Source: Polyangiales bacterium (lineage in GTDB: Bacteria; Myxococcota_A; Polyangia; Polyangiales; Polyangiaceae). Taken from it: 64,000 nucleotides of DNA. Positions 23,366-32,898 of the stretch are shown here, one piece after another. Numbering within the stretch: position 1 is the first letter of the stretch; each line of letters starts with the position of its first letter. The stretch covers positions 320,001 through 384,000 of the forward strand of contig JBBRLQ010000001.1 in the NCBI GenBank assembly GCA_038231275.1. The letters are read 5' to 3'. The notes below the pieces were generated by a model. It was not told where the DNA came from, ran no database searches, and was given only the letters and a program-made list of their open reading frames with translations. The position numbers were made by a program, and so were the translations under genes.

Positions 23366-24439
23366 ATGCTTCGCTCTGCCGGCGTTGCGCGCGCGCTCTT
23401 CGCGCTTACCCTCCCCGTTTTGGCGGCCGCCAGCTGCCGGAGCGAGTCGACCGTGACGCGGTCCCCCGGCGCATCGTGCGCGACGCCGCCGAGCGACAAG
23501 AGCGTCTGCATCGTCGCGCCCGGCGAGTTTCCTCCGTCCGACTGCGATCCTTCCGCGCACACCTGCGGCGCCGGCGGGCTCTGCGCGATCGACGAGACGA
23601 AGTGCGGCGCAAAGGCGACGTGCTTGCCACTCGCCACCAACAAAGGGCGCACCACCCAGGATTTTCGCATCCGCCGCCTCGCCATCGCCGCGCCCGACGC
23701 CCTCGCCGCGCTGCCGCTCCAGCGCGGCGTCATCACGCGCGACGTCGATCTTCCGAGCAAGGAGTGCGGCGAGGGCGGCCTCGGCACGTTCAACTGGCTC
23801 CTCCGCGTCGATCGCACCAAATCCACGCTGACGACCGGCGGCGCGCCGCGCAGCGCCGATCCGTTCGGCATCGGCTTCTGCTTCCACGATCACGACATCG
23901 CAGGCACGCGCGTCGGGCCGGTCACCGGCGTGCCTCTCACGCTGCGTGGCGACACCTTCACGTCGGCGGCGATCCCGAAGCTCACCGTCCCCATCTTCCG
24001 CGAGGACGGCTCGGCGATCCTCCTCCCGCTCACCAACGTGACGTTCAACGCGGTCACGCTCTCGCAAGGCGGCGACTGCATCGGCGGCTTCGACGATCGC
24101 GCGCTCGCCGCCGACTGCACCGACGACGCGACGAAGTGCTCCAAGTGGAAGACCGCCGGCGCGATCGCCGCGCACATCACGCTCGAAGAAGCCGATCTCG
24201 TGAACGTGGTCGATCTCGGCGCGAGCCTCTGCGCGGTCCTCACGAAGACCACGCCTGGCGCCGATGGAAAATGCGCGCGCGTCGGCGGAAAGATCACCGC
24301 CGCCGGCGACTACTGTTCGTCGACCGGCAAGGCCTGTGATTGCCAAGACAGCTTCTGGCTCGCCGCCACGTTCGCCGCGAGCGCCGTCACGATCAACGAC
24401 GGCGCGAGCGTGAAAGAGTGCTCGGGAGGTGGAGGATGA
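23366..24439 (+). CDS. Cys-rich hypothetical lipoprotein
   Basis: Lipobox AASC; many Cys; ATGA overlap with next gene. Confidence 0.75.
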   Translation: MLRSAGVARALFALTLPVLAAASCRSESTVTRSPGASCATPPSDKSVCIVAPGEFPPSDCDPSAHTCGAGGLCAIDETKCGAKATCLPLATNKGRTTQDFRIRRLAIAAPDALAALPLQRGVITRDVDLPSKECGEGGLGTFNWLLRVDRTKSTLTTGGAPRSADPFGIGFCFHDHDIAGTRVGPVTGVPLTLRGDTFTSAAIPKLTVPIFREDGSAILLPLTNVTFNAVTLSQGGDCIGGFDDRALAADCTDDATKCSKWKTAGAIAAHITLEEADLVNVVDLGASLCAVLTKTTPGADGKCARVGGKITAAGDYCSSTGKACDCQDSFWLAATFAASAVTINDGASVKECSGGGG

Positions 24440-25278
24440 GCCTGCGTAGGGTCGCCTCGTGCCTCGTGCCCCTCGCGGTGATCCTCGCCGGCGCGTGCAA
24501 GCAGGACGTCGTCTCCAATGATCGCCTCTGCACCCCCGGAAATTTCGTATTCTGCCGATGCAAGGATCGCTCGGAGGGCACCAAGCTTTGCCACGACGAC
24601 GGGATGGGCTTCGACGCGTGCTCGGCGTGTCAGCCGGGTGAAGAGGTTCCTCCCACGCCCGACTCGCTCGACGCGACGACGCCCGACGCGCCGGGAAAAG
24701 ACGCCGCCACCGACGCAGCGGAAGGCGCGCCGCCCGCCGCCGACAAGGCCGCGCCGGGCGACATTCTCGTCACGGAGGTCATGTACGATCCGTCGGGGGC
24801 CGAGCCAGACGGCGAATGGATCGAGCTCTTCAACGCCGCGTCGGCTCCGCGGCTCTTGAGCGGCCTTCAGCTGAAGGACGGCGGCAACCGCGTCGAGCCG
24901 ATCCCTTCGAATCCGCCCATCGTCCTGGCGCCGGGCCAGTACGCGGTCCTCGTGCGTGACACGGTCGCGGCGACCGCAGCAGGTGTACCGACTGGCGCGA
25001 TCCTCCTCGAATACGGCGCGGGGGTCGCGGTGTCGCAGGGGATCCTCCTCGCCAACAGCGCGGGCGGCGCCGTGTGGCTGATGGACGGGACGACGACGAT
25101 CTCCGGCACGCAATACGGCGGCTGGTTCACCCAGACCTCGCCCGGCGGGCATTCGATTCAGCTGCGGACGCTCTCGCTCGCCGCGAGCGGCACGCAAACG
25201 TCGTGGTGCCTCTCGGCGACGCCCTGGGGCACCGGCCCCGATCGCGGCACGCCCGGCGCCGCCAGCGATTGCCCCTAG
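24436..25278 (+). CDS. Lamin tail domain (LTD) lipoprotein
   Basis: Lipobox AGAC; ILVTEVMYDP..GEWIELFN; GTPGAA at the C-terminus. Confidence 0.85.
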   Translation: MSLRRVASCLVPLAVILAGACKQDVVSNDRLCTPGNFVFCRCKDRSEGTKLCHDDGMGFDACSACQPGEEVPPTPDSLDATTPDAPGKDAATDAAEGAPPAADKAAPGDILVTEVMYDPSGAEPDGEWIELFNAASAPRLLSGLQLKDGGNRVEPIPSNPPIVLAPGQYAVLVRDTVAATAAGVPTGAILLEYGAGVAVSQGILLANSAGGAVWLMDGTTTISGTQYGGWFTQTSPGGHSIQLRTLSLAASGTQTSWCLSATPWGTGPDRGTPGAASDCP

Positions 25279-25303
25279 GCTAGGCTAGGCTAGACCAAAC
25301 ACG

Positions 25304-25633
25304 TCAACGCATCCCGCCGGTGAGTAGCTTGTCGATCAAGTCTTTCGAGTAGGTCGACAGCTCGCGGAAGACGACGCCCATGCCGGGCGGATCCTTCTCG
25401 ACCCGCACGACCTCGCCGACGCCCTCGATCGTCTCCACGCCGTCCATGATCACGGTGAAGTGGAGGTTCACCTTCGTGCCGATCGCGAGCGGCTTGGCGG
25501 CTTTGATGAACACCCCGGTGCGCGAGATGTTCGTCACGTACTCCTGGATGAACGCATCGAAGGACTCGAACTCCTTGTTGATCGTCACCCGGTCGCTGCC
25601 GCCGCGCTTGTCTTCCTTGTCGTCGCTCTGCAT
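25304..25633 (-). CDS. Stand-alone PilZ-domain protein (myxobacterial TIGR02266-like)
   Basis: R...R motif, NISRTGVFI, GEVVRV, PGMGVVF. Confidence 0.85.
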   Translation of the reverse strand: MQSDDKEDKRGGSDRVTINKEFESFDAFIQEYVTNISRTGVFIKAAKPLAIGTKVNLHFTVIMDGVETIEGVGEVVRVEKDPPGMGVVFRELSTYSKDLIDKLLTGGMR

Positions 25634-25653
25634 GCCCAGCCCCGCCCTGCTCT

Positions 25654-27837
25654 CTACTTGCCTTGCAGATCGAACTGCTCGAGGTGGTAGTCCTTCCGCG
25701 GCACGACGTTGATCTTCCGCATGTAGCGGTTCTCGAGCTCGGTGACCGCGGGCTTCTCGGTGCCGGCGAGCAGATCGGCGACCGCCGGGTGCACGCTCAC
25801 CTGCACGGTGTAGCCAGGGAGGTCTGCGCGCTTCCGGCGGATCTCGCGGAGGATCTCGTACACGATCGTCTCTTTGCTCTGCAGCTGTCCGGTGCCGTCG
25901 CAATAGAAGCACGGCTCGTGGAGCAGGCGACCGAGGCTCTCACGCGTGCGCTTGCGCGTCATCTCGATGAGGCCGAGATCGCTGATGCGGTTCAGCGTCG
26001 TCTTCGCCTTGTCCTTCTGCAGCACTTCCTCGAGCGTGCGACGCACCTTCTCGCGGTTACTGTGCTTCTCCATGTCGATGAGGTCGAGGATGATGAGGCC
26101 GCCGAGGTTCCTGAAGCGGAGCTGGTAGGCGATCTCGTTGACCGCCTCCAGGTTCGTCTTGAGGATGGTCTCCTCCATGTCCTTGCTGCCCTTGCCGACG
26201 AAGCGTCCGGTGTTGACGTCGATGGCGGTGAGCGCTTCGGCCTGGTCGATGACGAGGTGACCGCCGCTGGGGAGCGGCACCTTGCGGGAGAGCGCGCGAC
26301 CGATCTCGTCCTCGATGCCGTACGCGTCGAAGATGGGCTCGTCGCCGTTGTAGAGCTCGATGTCCTTCACGCGCTCGGGCGCGAACATCTCGACGAAGCG
26401 GCAGAGGCGCTCGTATTGGTGCTTGTCGTCGATGACGACCTGGTCGATCTCGTCGGTGAAGAGATCGCGCGCGGTCTTGAGGACGATGTCGAGCTCGCTG
26501 GAGAGGAGCGTCGGGGCGCGGGCGCCTTCCTTCTTCTTCGCGATCTCGCCCCAAAGGCGGACGAGGTAGCCGACGTCGGCCTTGAGCTGCTTCTTGGTGA
26601 GGCCCTCGGCGACGGTGCGGACGATGAGGCCGCCGCTCGGGGGTTTCATGCCGTCGATCGCCTCGCGAAGACGGGCGCGCTCTTTCTCGGAGCCGATGCG
26701 CTTGCTGATGCCGATGTGATCGACGGTCGGGAGGTACACGACGTAACGGCCGGGCAACGAGATGTGGCTCGAGCAGCGTGCGCCTTTGGTGCCGATCGGA
26801 TCTTTGGTGACCTGGACGATGATCTCTTGGCCCTCGCGCACGACGTCGCGGATCGGGGTCGACTTGGAGATGCGGTTCGGGACCGCGCCGTTGCGGTTGC
26901 GATCGCGTCCGCCGCCCTGACGATCACCGCGGCCGCCGCGATCGCCGCCGGCCGCGCCACGCTCGCCGCCGCCACCACGCGGAGGCGCGGGCGCGCGCGG
27001 GACAGGCTCGCCCGGCTCGGTGATCGTGAAGCCCGGCAGGTCCAGCTCGTCGCCCCCCGCCGACTTGGCGACGGCCTTCGTCGTCGCGCGCGCCGGTTCG
27101 GAGGTGTGGGTCGCTTCGGCCGCAGGTGCGTCGCCTTCCGCCGGCGGAACGCTGTCCGGATCGCCGTCCCGCTCACCGTCGCCGTCTTCGTCGTTCCCGT
27201 CGTCGACGTCGTCGTTGTTCGTGTCGTCGTCGTCATCTTCGTCGCCGCCGTCGAGGGCGTCGTCCGCCGAGTCGTCGCTGCGAACGCTGGCGTCCGCCGC
27301 GGCGGCCTCGCCGAGGTCGGGCAAGGACGACGCGTCCGCCTCGACCTCCGACGCCGAGGGGGGCACGATCGAAGGCTCGGACAGGGCGGCTTCGGTGCCG
27401 CCGACGTCCGCGTGGCTGTCGGAGGGGGGTAGCGCCGCAACCGACTCCGCCCCCGGGATAGCGACCGCCGCCGTCACACCGTTCGCGACGCCGCTCTGGA
27501 CCGCCGCGGCCTCGGCCTCGTCGACCTCGTCCTCGGCCGGCGCCTCTTCGGTCGACGTTGCGTGCTTGCGACCGCCCTGGAGGTAGGTGTCGAAGTCGTC
27601 GGGGCGGATCAGATCCTCGACATGGAGGAACGCGGCGCGCTCCTGCCCGATGTCGATGAACGCGGCTTGGAGCCCTGGAAGGACACGCGTGACCTTGCCG
27701 AGGACGACGTTGCCGACCGAGCCGGCGAAGGGGTTGTTTTTCCGCTCGAGGTGAAGCTCGGCGATGATGCCGTCTTCGATGAGTGCGACGCGGGTTTCGC
27801 GAACGTCAACGCTGATGACGAGGAGATTCTTGGACAT
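25654..27837 (-). CDS. RNase E/G family ribonuclease with large acidic insertion in the S1 domain
   Basis: VLPGLQAAFIDIG, QVTKDPIGTKGA, IDVNTG, GLIILDLIDM, GLIEMTRKR, CFYCDGTG. Confidence 0.93.
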   Translation of the reverse strand: MSKNLLVISVDVRETRVALIEDGIIAELHLERKNNPFAGSVGNVVLGKVTRVLPGLQAAFIDIGQERAAFLHVEDLIRPDDFDTYLQGGRKHATSTEEAPAEDEVDEAEAAAVQSGVANGVTAAVAIPGAESVAALPPSDSHADVGGTEAALSEPSIVPPSASEVEADASSLPDLGEAAAADASVRSDDSADDALDGGDEDDDDDTNNDDVDDGNDEDGDGERDGDPDSVPPAEGDAPAAEATHTSEPARATTKAVAKSAGGDELDLPGFTITEPGEPVPRAPAPPRGGGGERGAAGGDRGGRGDRQGGGRDRNRNGAVPNRISKSTPIRDVVREGQEIIVQVTKDPIGTKGARCSSHISLPGRYVVYLPTVDHIGISKRIGSEKERARLREAIDGMKPPSGGLIVRTVAEGLTKKQLKADVGYLVRLWGEIAKKKEGARAPTLLSSELDIVLKTARDLFTDEIDQVVIDDKHQYERLCRFVEMFAPERVKDIELYNGDEPIFDAYGIEDEIGRALSRKVPLPSGGHLVIDQAEALTAIDVNTGRFVGKGSKDMEETILKTNLEAVNEIAYQLRFRNLGGLIILDLIDMEKHSNREKVRRTLEEVLQKDKAKTTLNRISDLGLIEMTRKRTRESLGRLLHEPCFYCDGTGQLQSKETIVYEILREIRRKRADLPGYTVQVSVHPAVADLLAGTEKPAVTELENRYMRKINVVPRKDYHLEQFDLQGK

Positions 27838-28182
27838 TTGAGGCAGGAGCTTTCCCGCCCGGCCGCGCACACCCATCACCCCGCCCGCCGCGAACGCCGT
27901 TGCCCTCGACCGACGCGACGGCCACATGGCGCTCGTCTCGTTCGTCGACGTAGTGCATCCGTTGTCCTGCGCGCACGGTGATCCTGGAGAGAAATCTGCG
28001 AGAGATTTGGAGTGTGGCCCTGCTCGGGCGCCCTCGACGCTTCCGACGTGGGAGCGTGGAGGGGAAATCTTTGGGGTTGGGGCCACAAATAGTGGCGCGC
28101 TACCCCGCGGCACTTGAACTAGCCGATCAGGGAACAGGTTGCCAGCGCATAAACGAGGCCCACCGGGTGCCCCTTAAAAGAG

Positions 28183-28266
<84 letters not shown>

Positions 28267-28507
28267 AGCTGCGCTCGGAACCGCGCAGCGACCCGCAGGT
28301 GTTACCGCTTCACTTCGGCGGGGACAAGCCAAACCTCTCGCGCGCCACTCCGACCTCGCTCACTCCGCGCCGAGGTGAAGGGTCGCTGGAAAATTTTTGG
28401 CGGGTTATCCGAACGATTTCATGCGGTAAGGAAATATGCTACACGTTTTGACCGATTCGGTCTCTCGGTCATTGCGAGGCGCTGGAAGCGAGGCCAGAGT
28501 GCGCGCC

Positions 28508-30832
28508 ATGCGAACCCGAGCCCTCGCCGCGCTTGCTCTTCTTACTGTGCTTTCGCCGCTTCGAACCGCGCGCGCGGCCGAACCGCTCCGCGTGTTCGTA
28601 GGGCGCGCGCCGAACACGACCGCTGCGAGCACGGTCGAAGGTCGCGCGCGGGCGACGGTGAACGCGTTCGTGCCGGCGGCGGCGCGGCTCGAGCTGCCGC
28701 GCGTCGACGTCGCGTCGCTGGGGGATGGAAGCAAGTTCGTTCGCTTCGAGCAGACGCACTTCGGTCTGCCGGTCATCGGGCGTGGCGCGGTGGTGCGGCT
28801 CGACGCACGCGGCGACGCCGTGCTCACCTCGACGAGCCTCGCGACGGATCTTCCGGCGAGCGTGACGCCCTCGGTGGCCGCGGGCGTCGCGGCGAAGACG
28901 GCGAGCGCGCGCACGGCGCTGGAGACGCGCGCCGACGACGCGCACCTGGTCCTCTTTCCGTCGCGCGCGACGGGGACCCCGCGCCTCGCGTGGGCGGTGG
29001 TGCCGGCGATCGTTCCGGGGTTGCCGACCGCGCCGCGCGTGATGGTCGACGCGCTCACCGGCGACGTGCTCGAGGCGCGCGATCTCGTCGTCTTTGCCGA
29101 CAAGGCGAAGGTCTACCCGACCAACCCCGTGAAGAGCCCGACCCTGCTCGACGTGACGCTCGGCGTGACCGCGGCATCGACGACGCTGAAGAGCGAGTAC
29201 ATCCAGTCGGCCAACTGCGTCGACAAGAAGACGGTGAAGAGCTTCAGCTACGGGGGCATCCCGGTCTCTCTCCACATCTGCGACATGGTGAACCTCGTCG
29301 CGCCCGACGCGAACGGCGATTTTCTCGTCGCGCCAGGCACCGACACCGACCCTGCCGACCCCTTCAGCGAAGTGTCGATGTTCTACCACGCGTCGCGCGT
29401 GCGCGATTTCTTCGCGTCGATGCAAGGCAACCCCGCGGCCGACGTCACCGTCGACAAACCGCTCCGGACGATCTCGAACCTCCAGCTCGCGCACGGCGTC
29501 ACGCAGGGGGATTTCACGGCCGCCGCGGATCCGAACACGCCGCTCGATCCGTTCCAGAACGCCTTCTTTTCCCCGGCGGGCGGCGGCCTCGGGCAGATCT
29601 TCGAGCAGCTCTACGGCTTCAACGCCGGCGCGATGTGGTTCGGCCAGGGACCGCGCAAGGACTACTCGTACGACGGCGACGTCATCTACCACGAGTTCAC
29701 GCACGCGGTCGTCGACAAGACCTTGCAGCTCACGCAGTGGCACATCGACGCGTACGGCGCGGTCGACTCGCCGGGCGCGATGAACGAGGGGCTCGCGGAT
29801 TATTTCTCGAGCGCGCTCGCGGGCGATCCGAACGTCGGCGAGTACGCGTCGAAGGACATCTCGCCGACGCTGGACGTCATCCGCACGCTCGACAACACCG
29901 ACACCTGCCCCAAGGCGGTGATCGGCGAGGTCCACTACGACTCGACGCTCTTCTCCGGCGGTCTCTGGGCCGCGCGTGCGTCGCTGGCCGACGACACGGC
30001 GCGCTTCAAGTACGACACTGCGCTCTACAAGGCGATGCTCGCGCATCCGGGGGACGGCGATCTCGGCTACCAGGATCTCGTCCAGCTGTTCCTCACGTCG
30101 CTGAAGACGGATTTGCCGACGGGCGCGACGGCGCTCGAGGCGGAGATGACGAAGCGCGGCGTGCTCCCGGGTTGCACGCGCACGCTGACGTTCACCGGAA
30201 CGGCGCTCAGCGCACCGACAGGCATCACCTCGCCTGGCGAGTACACCGCGCCCGGCAAGGGCAGCGTCGGCGCGACCGATCTGGCGCCGGGCCTCGTGCA
30301 GGTCGAGTGGAACCTGCCCCCGAGCACTGCCAGCGTGACCGTGACGTTCCAGAGTCGTCCGCAGGCGGCGGGCGGCGGCGGTCTCGGCGGAGGCGGTACG
30401 CCGTTCACTCCGGTCGTGCTCGCAAAGGCGGGCGCGGCGATCAAGTGGACGACCGCCGGCAAGCTCGCGCACGACGCGACGTCGACGGTGCCCGCCACGA
30501 GCAACGGCGGAAAGACGCTCGTGACGTACACCGCGCAGATCCCGGTCGCCGACGGCACGACGATCCTTTATGTGCAGATTGCAAACAAAGGCGACACCGA
30601 CGGCGGTTACACGGCGATCGCGCTCTCCGCGACGCCGGCCGACACCACGCCGCATGGAGACGACGCCGGAATAGGCGACACCCCCACGCCGGGCGGCAAC
30701 GCCGGCACGACGACGAAGACCTCGGGCTGCAGCTGCAACGTTCCGGGGGGACCGGCGCCGGCGGGAGGCTTGATGGCGGGCCTCGGCGCGCTGCTCGCCC
30801 TCGTCGTGCGCGTGCGTCGTCGCCGCCCCTGA
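28508..30832 (+). CDS. Secreted zinc metalloprotease (M4/M36 gluzincin-like) with propeptide and MYXO-CTERM tail
   Basis: Signal peptide; VRFEQTHFGLPV propeptide; NAFF, HEFTH, NEGLADYF, GEVH; GCSCNVPGG + TM + RRRR. Confidence 0.9.
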   Translation: MRTRALAALALLTVLSPLRTARAAEPLRVFVGRAPNTTAASTVEGRARATVNAFVPAAARLELPRVDVASLGDGSKFVRFEQTHFGLPVIGRGAVVRLDARGDAVLTSTSLATDLPASVTPSVAAGVAAKTASARTALETRADDAHLVLFPSRATGTPRLAWAVVPAIVPGLPTAPRVMVDALTGDVLEARDLVVFADKAKVYPTNPVKSPTLLDVTLGVTAASTTLKSEYIQSANCVDKKTVKSFSYGGIPVSLHICDMVNLVAPDANGDFLVAPGTDTDPADPFSEVSMFYHASRVRDFFASMQGNPAADVTVDKPLRTISNLQLAHGVTQGDFTAAADPNTPLDPFQNAFFSPAGGGLGQIFEQLYGFNAGAMWFGQGPRKDYSYDGDVIYHEFTHAVVDKTLQLTQWHIDAYGAVDSPGAMNEGLADYFSSALAGDPNVGEYASKDISPTLDVIRTLDNTDTCPKAVIGEVHYDSTLFSGGLWAARASLADDTARFKYDTALYKAMLAHPGDGDLGYQDLVQLFLTSLKTDLPTGATALEAEMTKRGVLPGCTRTLTFTGTALSAPTGITSPGEYTAPGKGSVGATDLAPGLVQVEWNLPPSTASVTVTFQSRPQAAGGGGLGGGGTPFTPVVLAKAGAAIKWTTAGKLAHDATSTVPATSNGGKTLVTYTAQIPVADGTTILYVQIANKGDTDGGYTAIALSATPADTTPHGDDAGIGDTPTPGGNAGTTTKTSGCSCNVPGGPAPAGGLMAGLGALLALVVRVRRRRP

Positions 30833-30862
30833 CGAACGCACAAAGTGCTAGGTTGCGGGCCC

Positions 30863-31693
30863 ATGAACCCGCTAGCCGAGATCTCTCTCGTCGTTCAGCG
30901 CGAGCTTCGCAAGAACCTGCGCAGCGTGAAGGGAATCATCCTCACGGCGCTCTCCATCTTCGGCGGCACAGGAACCGCGCTGCTCGCCGTGCAGGCCTTC
31001 CACCGCGAGTTCGCCAATGTCAGCGCGGAGGAGATCCGCATCGGCCAGCAGGAGCTCTTCACCAAGGTCTACAAGGACCCGGTCATGGGGAGCTACATGT
31101 CGACGGCGCCGCTTTCGCTCGTCTTCATGCTGGAGCTGACGATCTGGCTCGCGCCGCTCCTCATCGCGCTCTCCAGCTTCGACGCGATCTCGGGGGACAT
31201 CCAGCACCGGACGGTGCGCTACTGGACGGTGCGGACGCGTCGCGTCTCGTACTACGCGGGCAAATTCTTCGGCGTGTGGGCCACCGTCAGCACGATCGTG
31301 CTCGCGATGGACCTGTGCATGTGGATCGCCGCGATCGTGAAGGGCGAGCCGGCCGGCGCGACGCTGTCGTGGGGGATTCGCTTCTGGCTCGTCACGCTGC
31401 CGATCTCGGCGGTGTGGTGCGCGATCGCCACGCTCGTGGGATCGCTCTTCCGGACGCCGATCCTCTCGCTCCTCGTCACGCTCGCGGCGTTCTTCGCGAT
31501 CTGGCTCTTCGGCTTCGCGATCGCGCGCGGCGCGGAGGTCGCGTGGCTCACCTACGTGTACCCGAACCGCTACGACGTGATGCTCCTCTCGCCACGGGTC
31601 GAGAACGTCGGAGGTGGGCTCGGCATCTGCCTGGGGGCCGCCGCAGCGCTCACCGCCGCAGGCGTCGCGCTCTTCCAGAGGAGGGACATCTGA
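30863..31693 (+). CDS. ABC-2 type transporter permease
   Basis: About six hydrophobic helices; ends FQRRDI; TGATG overlap with the ATPase. Confidence 0.88.
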   Translation: MNPLAEISLVVQRELRKNLRSVKGIILTALSIFGGTGTALLAVQAFHREFANVSAEEIRIGQQELFTKVYKDPVMGSYMSTAPLSLVFMLELTIWLAPLLIALSSFDAISGDIQHRTVRYWTVRTRRVSYYAGKFFGVWATVSTIVLAMDLCMWIAAIVKGEPAGATLSWGIRFWLVTLPISAVWCAIATLVGSLFRTPILSLLVTLAAFFAIWLFGFAIARGAEVAWLTYVYPNRYDVMLLSPRVENVGGGLGICLGAAAALTAAGVALFQRRDI

Positions 31694-32799
31694 TGTCGGA
31701 ATCCCCCGAGATCGCGCCGCCGCCCGCGCCGCCGTATCCCGAAGCGAAGCTCGAGCCGAAGCCCGAGGTCGCCGGCGAGGCTGCCTCGCTCGACGGCACG
31801 AAGAAGAAGAAGCGCAAGCCGGTCGAGATCGCCGTCCGCCTCGTCAAGGTGACGAAGAAGTTCGGCGCGAAGGTCGCCGTCGACGACGTCTCGTTCACCG
31901 TGAAGATGGGCTCGGTGTACGGCCTCATCGGACCGAACGGCGCCGGCAAGACGACGACGTTCTCGATGCTCGCGGGCTTCCTCCAGCCGACGATGGGGCA
32001 GGTCGAGGTGCTCGGCCACGCGCCCACGCAGGTCGACGAGCTCCGCTCGCGCCTCGGCGTCTTGCCGCAGGACGCGCTCTTGCCCGCGCAGGACAAAGTC
32101 GGCGAGTTCCTGCGCCACGCCGCGCGTCTGCAGAACATCCCGCCCGACAAGGTCGACGCCGAGGTGCGCGACGTGCTCGCCGAGGTCGACGGCAAGGAAT
32201 GGTACGATCTGCGCTGCGGCAGCCTCTCGCACGGCATGGCCAAGCGCGTCGCGCTCGCGCAGGCGCTCCTCGGCGATCCGGACGTGGTGCTCCTCGACGA
32301 GCCCACCGCTGGCCTCGATCCGAAGGTCGCCTACGAAGTTCGTCAGCTGATCAAGGGGCGCAAGAAGCGCTGCACGATGATCGTGTCGAGCCACAACCTC
32401 CAGGAGCTCGAAGAGGTCTGCGACGCCGCGGCGATCCTCGATCGCGGGCGCGTCGTCGCGTCGGGCACGATCAGCGAGCTGACCGCCGCGAGCGAAGAGG
32501 TGCACTTCAAACTCGGGCGGCCGCCGGCCGGCGTCGCGGCGACCGGCTATCGCGACGGCAGCGGGCTTCCCCTCGCCGCGATCCGCGAGCTGCCGATCGT
32601 GAAGCGCGTGGAGTTCGACGAAGAGCGACGCGAGATCGTCTGCTACTTCGATCGCGGCGCGCCCGATCCCCGCGGCGGGGCCATCGACGCGGAGAGCGTG
32701 ATCGAGGCGGTCCTCTGGGTGCTCTTGAATCACCGCATCCGCATCGCCGGCGTCACGAAGGGGCGCGGTCTCGAGCAGCGCGTGATGGAGCTGACGTAG
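31693..32799 (+). CDS. ABC transporter ATP-binding protein
   Basis: GPNGAGKTT, LSHGM, LLDEP, SSH. Confidence 0.95.
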   Translation: MSESPEIAPPPAPPYPEAKLEPKPEVAGEAASLDGTKKKKRKPVEIAVRLVKVTKKFGAKVAVDDVSFTVKMGSVYGLIGPNGAGKTTTFSMLAGFLQPTMGQVEVLGHAPTQVDELRSRLGVLPQDALLPAQDKVGEFLRHAARLQNIPPDKVDAEVRDVLAEVDGKEWYDLRCGSLSHGMAKRVALAQALLGDPDVVLLDEPTAGLDPKVAYEVRQLIKGRKKRCTMIVSSHNLQELEEVCDAAAILDRGRVVASGTISELTAASEEVHFKLGRPPAGVAATGYRDGSGLPLAAIRELPIVKRVEFDEERREIVCYFDRGAPDPRGGAIDAESVIEAVLWVLLNHRIRIAGVTKGRGLEQRVMELT

Positions 32800-32898
32800 C
32801 GCGGCAGAGACACGCCAGTTCGTGCGATTTAGACGCGGCGGAGACGCCGACGCGCGCGTGGCGTATCGTCGCGGTGCGCGCTAAGGTGCCCGCCCTTC

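Noticed and set aside
25276-25293. (TAGGC)3 repeat between convergent genes
   Set aside because: Short microsatellite without spacers; no evident function.
28092-28150. Possible tRNA or 6S RNA (GTTCAAGT, terminal GCCA)
   Set aside because: T-arm and acceptor spacing do not fit a cloverleaf and no 6S central bubble could be built; kept only as a structured-spacer finding.
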